A stretch of DNA of 64,000 bases from Phoronis australis (taxonomy: Eukaryota > Animalia > Phoronida). The stretch's first letter is position 1. Each line of letters starts with the position of its first letter. A program made the translations under genes and the position numbers. Location: NCBI GenBank assembly GCA_002633005.1, contig NMRA01000884.1, positions 46,220 through 110,219 of the forward strand, given 5' to 3'. Below, in pieces: positions 55,270 to 64,000 of the stretch. The notes under the pieces are model-generated. The model saw only the letters and a program-made list of their open reading frames with translations, made no database searches and was not told where the DNA came from.

Positions 55270-56945
55270 CTGGTTTATTGTACTTTGGGCCAGAGGCATT
55301 TAATACAAATAAACTAGCGTGTATTGTACTAATGTGGTTTAACGCTGGTCACCCAGTTAAGTGGCAGAAAGTAGCATGAAAACAACGAGATATCTAAACG
55401 TGTTGTTTGATCTAAATGCCAGTGAATTGGTTCAAGTATGACATTCCCACACTAACCTTTCAAAATAATGGAGCCCTCCCTCAACTTGTCGCCACATAGA
55501 GTACGCCAGTCTGCCTAATTTACCACCTTTCATTAAGCTTGTGCATACATGTACACTGTAAGTCAACGCTCAGATAAGGCCTCGCTTTTAGTTTTAATGC
55601 GGTTGAGTGTATTATGAATTTGAAAGGTGAAAACTGAAATACCAGCATCTTTAAATAAACTGGACACCGACAAAATATCTTGATTTTACTGACAAAATCA
55701 CAACACGTGTTGCTTTATTGCATCTTGCATTTGCCTCATTTTGTGAAGTATTACAGTACATCAATAACAACTGAAATCAATAAGGCAACCCAACAGATTG
55801 CACACTGTTCGGGTGAAGATGAAATCTGAAGTATTCCTGGACGTTGCTGATTGTCAACTTCACTATCTCCCTAATTTGACCAATTCCCAGCGCGGTTTAA
55901 GGCAGCCAGGGTGAAAAGAAATACCATGCTGTGGTGTCCCCAGCCTTCCTCCCTAAACTGCGTATCCTTCTTCATCGCCTGTGCAATTCTTGCGGGGTCT
56001 GATTTGTTGTTCTTCTTTTTGAAAAACGACAGGTAGTTTGTAGAACCTTGCAGAGCCCAGCCACTACAAAGTTGTGACTGCCCCTGAGTGATCCATTGAT
56101 TTTAGCCGAGATAATTCATTTGACCCATGGCCCGAATCATGTAAAACGACCCTAAGTACAGAACGTCCAACCCGAAAAACAATGTGGGTACTTGATTTAT
56201 TTTTGCCAGTTTGAACGGATTACTTTGGACTTAGCATATTCTGATCCTAAATGTCGACATAATGGTACCCGTAAAACAAAGCGACATGCAATGAATTACA
56301 CAACTCACTGACAGCCAAGTGAAAAGAAATTGCGACATGCAGGTTGTCATTTGAAATTGAAATTTAGATTGCTATGAGTACAGCATTCGTCACTGTATGC
56401 ACATGAAAAGCGCTTCCTGTAATGAACCAAAAAGAAGACGTGTGACAATAATAATGGGTTTTCAAAAGTGAATGTCAATGACATACTGCATTTTCGGCTT
56501 GAAAGACGTGGCCACTAGATGCACATATTCTCGGACTAAACTTATAAGTAAAACAAGACACTTCTAGTAAGTGTACAGAATAGTTCTAGTCTAGCTTTAA
56601 CTCCAACAACGGCGACAGGACAGGTATACAATTTGACTCAAGCCTTCTCATCAGTTCTTTTACAGCGATGCAGGATTACTGAATTTCACCAGTGGAAACG
56701 ATAAAAAGCTCTGCCTCTCTACAGTTCAAAAAAGTATTACATTGTTCTAATACGTGCATGGTGACTCAGTTTGTGAATTTCCTGAAATATTAGAAGAACC
56801 AGTTACATGTACTTGTACTGAAGGGTATTAGAATAATAACCATTGTTTCTAGTGGTTCTCAAATCAGGTATCTATAAACTGACTGACTATTACTGCCAAA
56901 TGCTATCATCATGTGATAAATTCAAATTCAAACTAACTACAAAGT

Positions 56946-56967
56946 CAACGCCAGAAATTTGTAACAT
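56946..56967 (+). repeat. Left TIR CAACGCCAGAAATTTGTAACAT
   Basis: Exact reverse complement of 63026-63047. Confidence 0.9.
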
Positions 56968-57002
56968 TTCCAATCCGCTAGTAGCGCTACAATCGCTGAG
57001 TC

Positions 57003-58115
57003 ATGTTTGCTTCAACCAATGAACAGAGAGATCGCCAGGTCAAAGGCCAATTGATCGTCTGGCGCACTTTTCCAATGGAAAACAAAACAACAAGAGGTGT
57101 TTCGATTGATTTTCAACGTTTGGCATATCCAAAGTACGATTTCACAGACCATAAAGCAACTGGGACTGTTGAAACTGCCGGAGACGAGTTTTGGGAAGTG
57201 GAAAGAGTAATCACTCGGAGGAAATCAAACAGAGTAAGTACAATTTGAGAATTATTTTTAGCCACGAACATTCAGTTCCGTGGCCTCGGTAGGGTTTCCT
57301 TATCTTCGTTATGACGTTATGTCCAGTAGTACTAGTAGTACTAAGTAGTGGGAAAGTGGGCAATCGTGAAGCCCTGCTTCGACACTGCCACTGGTTATGC
57401 CTCTGCCCCCTGAGGACGACACAAGACTCACATTTCGGCCTCTGTGATTAGTACTAGTTTCACCTTGCTACCAACATCATGAGTGGTGGCCTGGTGGGAG
57501 GTTGCTCTGAACCCCCAGTTCCTATGTCACTAAGCAAATACGTATAAAACCATATTTTACGATATAATATCTTGATTTCGTATATTGCAGGTGGGTCAAG
57601 TTTATGATTATCTTGTCCAGTGGAAAAACTTTCCATACAGTGCATCATCGTGGGAGCCTGAGTCCTTGTTGACATCAGATATCGTAACATCATTCAACTG
57701 CCCAGACGTCTCCCTTGAATCACAACAGTTTACAAGGAATACTCTTTACTCGTCATTACAAAATTTCCTCTCGCATCGTGGCATAATTACTCACCCTGTC
57801 TCCATCAACACATATTTGGATTCATTTCGTTTTATAACAAGTCGCTGCAATCCTGTGGAGTCCAAGTCAGTTCGAGGGTATTTGGAGTACAGAAAAGAAG
57901 ATCTTGACACTCTAAATTTCCCAGAAGGGTGGGATTATTTAATTAACAAGAATGGCTTCGGAAGAAAGATCGCTTTTCCCATTTTAATAAAGCAAGATGT
58001 CCACTTTACGGCTGTCAACCACAAACGGATGGCTGATGGACAGTTAAAGGAATTACCTCGCATACCCTGTGAGCGACTATTTATTCGCTGTGCCACAACT
58101 GCTCATGCTATCTAA
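57003..58115 (+). CDS. Chromodomain-containing protein, two exons (57003 or 57075 to 57233, and 57591-58115)
   Basis: A phase-0 intron AGA|GTAAGT...TTGCAG|GTG joins EFWEVERVITRRKSNR to VGQVYDYLVQWKNFPYSASSWEPESLL, giving a canonical chromodomain. About 145 aa of unrecognised sequence follow. Length is 251 aa from ATG 57003 or 227 aa from ATG 57075. Confidence 0.85.
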
Positions 58116-58520
58116 TTGTTTGTACAACACCTGAAATGCACATCGAATGTTCATAAGTTTATTTTAACTTGAATGTTTATTGATTGCAGATGTGTTCTTA
58201 ATGTACCTTTGTTTGAGTGGCATACTCTTGAAATTTTCCGTCTAAGGTATTCTCATAGTATGACCGGTAATACACCATGTTGTGATATTATATACCTTGA
58301 CTGCATTCTGCCAATGGTATATGGTTGATGTCAATGAGAGTCCGTCCATCTGTTCAAACTACGCTAGACATTCACAAGTACAATCTGGTATTATATTAGT
58401 CTACCCCTTCTTAGAGTGGTTGACTGAAATATTGTAAAAGTTTTCTGTCCTTCTGTATCGATGTTATCATGTCTAGTGATATTTAACCTTGAGCATACCA
58501 TGCTGGTGGTACATGAATAA

Positions 58521-61064
58521 ATGCAACAATCCGTCCGTGCGTCCGAGAACCTGTCGGTCCTTACCGTTATACTTCTGTTACATTCAATTATGGCTTTATC
58601 GAAGCCACTTTTGGTAACCAGTGGGTCTCCCAAATTCAAGAATGATGACTGTGTTTTGTATTCTGTCAGAATACCTTATTCAGTTTGTAAGTTGTGGCAC
58701 TCAGAGGCTGGCAATTCAACTGAGAAGTATTGTTCTATTTTGTCTGAATTTCTTGTTGAAAACTACAACTTGAATTTAAAACCAGATCGAACACACCTTG
58801 GCGACAGGTTACGAAAAGAATGTCCACGCATTTCCAAAAAAATTGCTCGTCTTGGTGGTATTCAGCGTAGAACGCTAATGAATAAAATATTAACTCTGAA
58901 TATCAGAAGAGCCGACTTAGAAACACTGCTTGAGAATCAAAGGAAACTGTCAGAAATGCAGACCGTTGTCGAAAATGCATTAAACAGGGTTGATATGTTG
59001 GAAAATGAAATTCAGCGTTTGCATTCCGAGTTACAAAACTTGCACTCTAATCATATGAAGCAAAGTGCCCTCCTTGAAAATGAATCAGTGAAGTCTCAAA
59101 ATCTGATGGAAACCAACATTTCTCTCCAAAAGTATATCGAGAATCTTTGTGGAATTTCTGTTGACATTTCAGATAAAGCGGGCTCAAAATTTAGCTCCTA
59201 TTCACGTATGCATAAAATAAGGAAGTTAAAAGAAATACGGTCAAGATCAGAATGTGCTTTATGGTTTATCGAAAAGTACGGGTTAGAATTGGAAAGTATG
59301 TCAATGAAAGATGATCAAGGGGAGCGTCATAATATTCATTTTTCAAATATCACCGAGTCGGATAAAAATAACTTAGAAAAAATATTGTATCTCTTGGACT
59401 GGTTTTATGTTAGCGACTCATTCTATCATGAGCTGTCTGTCATCTGTGACGGTATTCCCAAGTCATACTTGATTAAGCAACTGCGCTCCAATTTAAATGC
59501 AATTTGCCACGTGGAGAATACTCCTGGTGTATTTGAGGGAGCAGAAGTTGATGTGGAAGGGGAAGTCAAATTCGCAATAAAATCATTTCTTGACAGACAT
59601 CCTGAATTGAAAAATGCTGGTGAAAAACCTTCATTTTCCATTAAATTTTGTGGCGATGGGACAAATGTTTCCAGAAAGGATGGAATGTGCGTCATGAGCT
59701 TTTCCCTTTTTTGTGAAAATATAGAGGTTGATGAAAATACCAGCAATTCTCACCATGTTATTGCTGTTGTAAAGGGGCACGAAAGCTATCAACTGTATAA
59801 AGAATCATTTTCCAATGTTTGGAATAGCATTCATAAACTCTACCATAACAAGTCGGTGGTGGTTGATGATGTAGAATATGACATAGGTGTATACTTGGCA
59901 GCTGATTATAAATTCCTTTTACTCGTCCTAGGTATGAGTGGGGCAACCTCTAATTATGCTTGCATTTATTGCAAGGTTCACAAGGACAGTCGTTGGGATG
60001 TCTCGAAACCTTATTCGTTTTACAACACTGAGCCTATGCTCCGAACACAAGAAGACTTTGAGACATCCCACTTGTCCAGTCAGTTTGCCTGCAAACATTT
60101 TCCACTAATACGACTGCCAATGTCACATACAATCGTAGATGAGCTTCATCTGTTGTTGCGAGTAACTGACCGCCTCACTGAAAATCTTATTAAAGAATGC
60201 TTGGAAATGGACACTTTAAAGAAGTATGGTTGTACACAGAGGTCACTTACAAACCCGGATTCTCATTTAAATCGCCTACTGAAGGCAATCCGGTCATGTG
60301 GGGTAAATTTCAAAATTTGGGAAACAAAGCTGCCTAGTGGCAAAGGTCATCTTGATTATTCGAGCTTGGTGGGGGTAGAAAAAAAGAAACTGCTTTGTTC
60401 ATTGCCAGAGGCACTGTTATGTAATATATTACATCCTGATACAGAAAATCAAGTTATCAAGCTTTGGCGTGATTTTGGGATTATTTACAAATCTATTGTT
60501 CCTACTACTAGTGTAGAAATTCGTTCTTGTGAGGAACTTTTTGAAATGACTAAGCAGTGGGTTCTTCTGTTTTTGTCGCTTGAAGGTAAGCGCACTGGGT
60601 ACGAGCGCCAACGAATAACACCTTATATACATATATTAGTCTACCATATTCCCAGTTTGTGTGCAGCTCATGGAGGATTGCGGAATTTTAGTGCACAAGG
60701 CATGGAAAAGCTAAACGACATAGTAAAAAGTATACACACGCATAAATCTAATAAATTTGATGCCTGTGCTGATGTCGTTCAAACATCATGGAGGCAAAAC
60801 CATCTGGCTGGTCAAAAAAGGATTTCCAATGTGTACAAAAAATCTGACGGAGAATACTGGGAGCATGGCATTTTTGAAAAACGCAAAAAATTTGAGGCCC
60901 AGCCACCTGTGGAACCATGCTATGATGTTCAATGTTCATCTCAAGTGATTGAACAGATGTCCTTGGAACAAATCAAAAGCAAAATTAAGGAACTCGGCTT
61001 GAAAACGAAGTTGCGAAGTGAAGCAAAGCTTCGAAATTTCCTTAAAATTCATATGAAGGATTGA
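58521..61064 (+). CDS. RAG1/Transib-like DDE transposase (847 aa), intact single ORF
   Basis: FCGDG (D379), AADYK (D462), CIYC (C481/C484), DELH (H543), PYIHILVYH (H704/H709), SAQGMEKLN (E729); a coiled coil at about aa 130-205 and a C-terminal SAP/HeH-like motif. The true start may be ATG 58590. Confidence 0.88.
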   Translation: MQQSVRASENLSVLTVILLLHSIMALSKPLLVTSGSPKFKNDDCVLYSVRIPYSVCKLWHSEAGNSTEKYCSILSEFLVENYNLNLKPDRTHLGDRLRKECPRISKKIARLGGIQRRTLMNKILTLNIRRADLETLLENQRKLSEMQTVVENALNRVDMLENEIQRLHSELQNLHSNHMKQSALLENESVKSQNLMETNISLQKYIENLCGISVDISDKAGSKFSSYSRMHKIRKLKEIRSRSECALWFIEKYGLELESMSMKDDQGERHNIHFSNITESDKNNLEKILYLLDWFYVSDSFYHELSVICDGIPKSYLIKQLRSNLNAICHVENTPGVFEGAEVDVEGEVKFAIKSFLDRHPELKNAGEKPSFSIKFCGDGTNVSRKDGMCVMSFSLFCENIEVDENTSNSHHVIAVVKGHESYQLYKESFSNVWNSIHKLYHNKSVVVDDVEYDIGVYLAADYKFLLLVLGMSGATSNYACIYCKVHKDSRWDVSKPYSFYNTEPMLRTQEDFETSHLSSQFACKHFPLIRLPMSHTIVDELHLLLRVTDRLTENLIKECLEMDTLKKYGCTQRSLTNPDSHLNRLLKAIRSCGVNFKIWETKLPSGKGHLDYSSLVGVEKKKLLCSLPEALLCNILHPDTENQVIKLWRDFGIIYKSIVPTTSVEIRSCEELFEMTKQWVLLFLSLEGKRTGYERQRITPYIHILVYHIPSLCAAHGGLRNFSAQGMEKLNDIVKSIHTHKSNKFDACADVVQTSWRQNHLAGQKRISNVYKKSDGEYWEHGIFEKRKKFEAQPPVEPCYDVQCSSQVIEQMSLEQIKSKIKELGLKTKLRSEAKLRNFLKIHMKD

Positions 61065-62627
61065 GCCGAACTTGTTGGCACTGCTTAATCAACAAAATTA
61101 GTTTACGATGAAGCTGAAATCTCTTAGAAAACTGTATATTAGTTTTGACTCCAGAACATAGCCATCTAGTAAAAAAGTTTACATTAGTTTCAGTACTTGC
61201 AGATTGCATGACTAGAAAGTGGTTGATATTATTTATGTACTTGGTGCTAAAAAGATATTAAATTGAAGATGTCATTACTTACTCTGTTTCGTAGTGTGTA
61301 GAAAATATGCTGTTGTTAAGATATCAAGTCTATTTTAAGCTCAAGATATTTTTGACATTGTTATTCAGATTTTTACTTTTGTATATTTTCTAGTCATACA
61401 TTGTTATTTTTGATATTTTACCTGTTGTGTAAGTTCTTTAGTTATGTTTTACATATTTATCACAGGCATAGCAAGAGGGAAGCAGGGGCCGGGGCAGAGG
61501 TGTTGTAAGTGTTAACGGGTAGGATAAACGATCAGGTCACTGGGGAGTTAATTAAGGAAGTAAACTGGTATTGACCTTGGGCAACACTGGATGGTGACTG
61601 AGAGAGTGTAATTGAATCCGGTTTCAGCGGTAATGGGATTCGCGGCCCCCTACTCACCCTTCTTTTGGCCTCGCTATTAAGTGACCTTGATTGCTGCTCA
61701 TGTACATCAGAATGAAGATCTGTATGATTTAGCATAGTAATCTCATGTCAGTATGGTCATGTATATTACAAAATCTCTGATAAACTTGCCACATTGTTAA
61801 AAGTTAGGTATGTTAAGACTATAGATTTAATAAACTTTTAAATTTTGACACTGGCTTTTTAATATTCAGTCTAGGGGTGCTATTTATTCGATGAACGTCA
61901 ATCATGTGCAGATGGGGGAACGGGGAGTTTATTTTGAATTCAAGGAAATCTTAAATCTCATTTGCACAATTTCCCAAGTGTGCATCATGGTTTGAAGCTT
62001 CATAACATCCGGACGGTCATTGATATTGACCAGGTGCCCCAGGTCTATAACTGCGGATATCGGTACTTTATCAGCAAGTTTTGTGGGCCCCCCGCAGGGT
62101 CCAGTAGGCCCCTAACCTTCCATTTCATCCCCGCAAAAGGCCCACGATTGACATCAGCCCCACACAAAACAAACTGCATGCCTCCTTACCTGAAAAGTCT
62201 TCAACATATGCAAAAGGGGTGGGAATTAGCAGACCTGGCACCCACAATAAGGTCTCTCAGCAATTTTTGATAGGCACGCCTGCAGGCACCTTGTCAATAT
62301 GAGAAATCCCGGAATAGCAAGTTCGCGGTACGTAATCAATTTTAATCCTCCTGGTCCACTATTCTGTTTTCTTGAAAATTCAGCCACATCCCGCATTCAG
62401 TCACATTTCACCTTTTGAATGACACTAGAATCGGCAATATTCTGTTAAGAAATCAAATTTATCAGCGACAAACATCGCACTAGTGTTTGTTTACAAACCA
62501 CGAAGGGAATTCCTTCACGGAGATGAGATTTTATAGCCTTACTAGTCTTTGCATGCCACTAAACACCACCAGAGGTAATCCATGACACCCGTGTTGACAT
62601 CTTGAACTGTGAGGCGAATAAAATGAC

Positions 62628-62922
62628 CAAGAGACGTGGATTTTTTTCAATGAAATTGCTTAAAAAGTACATTCTCCGATAGTTGACAATGTCGCAAAAC
62701 AGCTACTCTATCGGCAAATGTTCTAACTAAACTGAGTTTTCTGTACAGATCGGTTCAAAATGAGAATATGCCCAATTTTCGCTGTCTGGTGAGAGATTTG
62801 CATTGGCTGAATAGGGGTAAGCTTCAAACATCAAGAGACGTGGAAAAATTTTCACGAATTCACTTGATATTTGGCAGGAAGACACCTTAATACTCATAGA
62901 AGATCACTAGCTATCGGCAAAT
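62628..62922. repeat. Subterminal degenerate duplication (about 203-bp period) near the right TIR
   Basis: CAAGAGACGTGGA at 62628 and 62832; CTATCGGCAAAT at 62708 and 62911. Confidence 0.7.
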
Positions 62923-63025
62923 TGTGCAGTTATTTCCCCTGGATTGGAATTCCTGGAAAACCCCCTCATCCCATGTATTTCTAACAGTGAGTTGTGGACT
63001 GGAGTTGGCGCATGCGCAGAAGTGG

Positions 63026-63047
63026 ATGTTACAAATTTCTGGCGTTG
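63026..63047 (-). repeat. Right TIR
   Basis: ATGTTACAAATTTCTGGCGTTG followed by AGT. Confidence 0.9.
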
Positions 63048-64000
63048 AGTAGGCTACCCACCAGATCCAACGGGAAAGATTACATGCATTGTGTTCCAGT
63101 GGCAATAAGTCGTCTTCATTTCAACTAGCTTTCCCACTTCATACTTGGCACGCGAGCTACTGCGTATGAAATGGGTGTTTGCACAGTCTACATGGTTTCC
63201 ATAGAATTCCAAGATGTTTCCGTTGTCTTGCCGTTGGCATTTTGCCATTTGCGAATTGTCCGACTCTCTTCAAAATCAGATGTCATTCAGATTGTAGGTG
63301 CGATAACTTCGTACTTATTTTATGGTCCACCAAGATTTGACACATGTGTGTACAGGATATTCTGTTGTCGTCCCACACACTTCATCATAATATTTATAAC
63401 TGCAAGTCAGGATCGTTGGCCATTTTGCCACCACTTACATGTAAGTGACACCTGTTGCTGGATACTGGGTTCATGAAAAACGTGGAATTTAACTGAAAAT
63501 GGAAAAACAACTTCAAAAAGCGCCTTAATTTATGACGCTAAACTATACATTAATAAAACAAGTTTTGAATAAAAACTATGCACTTAACTGGTGTTATAGT
63601 GTTCCAAACAGGTATCGGTATCGAAGGTAATTTCCACTGAGGTGGTTGGCACTAGCTTGCGATTTCTATAAGAAAATGCTCTCCATCAGAAGATTGTATT
63701 GTACTAATCAACTTAACTAAAAAAGAAACGTGTAAATATCTGGTGTTGATCAGTGCTGTGCCAGCTGAGATATACGGAGTCAAAATGTGGGAAAATTGCA
63801 ATAGTTTGTTAACCTTTGACCCCTCTATACTTTAAGCCTGAAATTTTGAACTTAGCGTCAAAGTTAATGTATAATGTTTAACATCTTGATGAAGCCAAAA
63901 ACTTAAATTTATTTAAAAATTACGAACAAATACATGTAATTATCTTGTGCACCGCTGCTTTCCATTATGCATTGCAAATAAGTCATTTTCAGTGCGTGCA

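Larger units (their letters stand above)
56946..63047 (+). mobile_element. Putative autonomous 6102-bp DNA transposon (RAG1/Transib-like transposase plus chromodomain gene)
   Basis: Perfect 22-bp TIRs, 3-bp AGT direct repeats on both sides (56943-56945 and 63048-63050), and two intact genes inside. Confidence 0.88.

Noticed and set aside
59426-60948. Antisense and alternate-frame ORFs inside the transposase
   Set aside because: Short shadow ORFs of the 847-aa frame with no motifs.
61065-63025. RAG2-like gene convergent with the transposase
   Set aside because: Hand translation of the minus-strand segments I examined gave only short ORFs without kelch or PHD motifs.
63087-63093. CATTGTG, the reverse complement of the Transib-like end CACAATG, about 40 bp outside the right TIR
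   Set aside because: There is no matching CACAATG at the left (best is CCAAATG at 56896) and no 5-bp TSD; the 22-bp TIR with AGT fits better.
1-64000. Frequent TACATGTA palindromes
   Set aside because: Dispersed throughout with no clustering or phasing; treated as a background compositional trait rather than a locus-specific signal.

Overview
AT-rich, repeat-dense eukaryotic DNA, most likely from a marine invertebrate (inferred from GT-AG introns, frequent TACATGTA and the transposon families present). One complete host gene can be reconstructed: an 11-coding-exon LRRC74-like LRR + EF-hand gene on the minus strand (17185-29531, about 498 aa). The standout is an apparently intact 6.1-kb DNA transposon (56946-63047) with perfect 22-bp TIRs (CAACGCCAGAAATTTGTAACAT) and a 3-bp AGT target duplication. 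It encodes an 847-aa RAG1/Transib-like DDE transposase with a C-terminal SAP/HeH-like motif, plus a spliced chromodomain-protein gene. No RAG2-like gene and no RSS-like ends were seen. The rest consists of nested decayed LINEs, Harbinger-, hAT5-, Kolobok- and EnSpm-like non-autonomous elements, tRNA-derived SINE heads, a THAP pseudogene, and two gap-adjacent duplications that show filled and empty alleles of one transposon at CAATTG. All calls were made by eye; no database searches were run.
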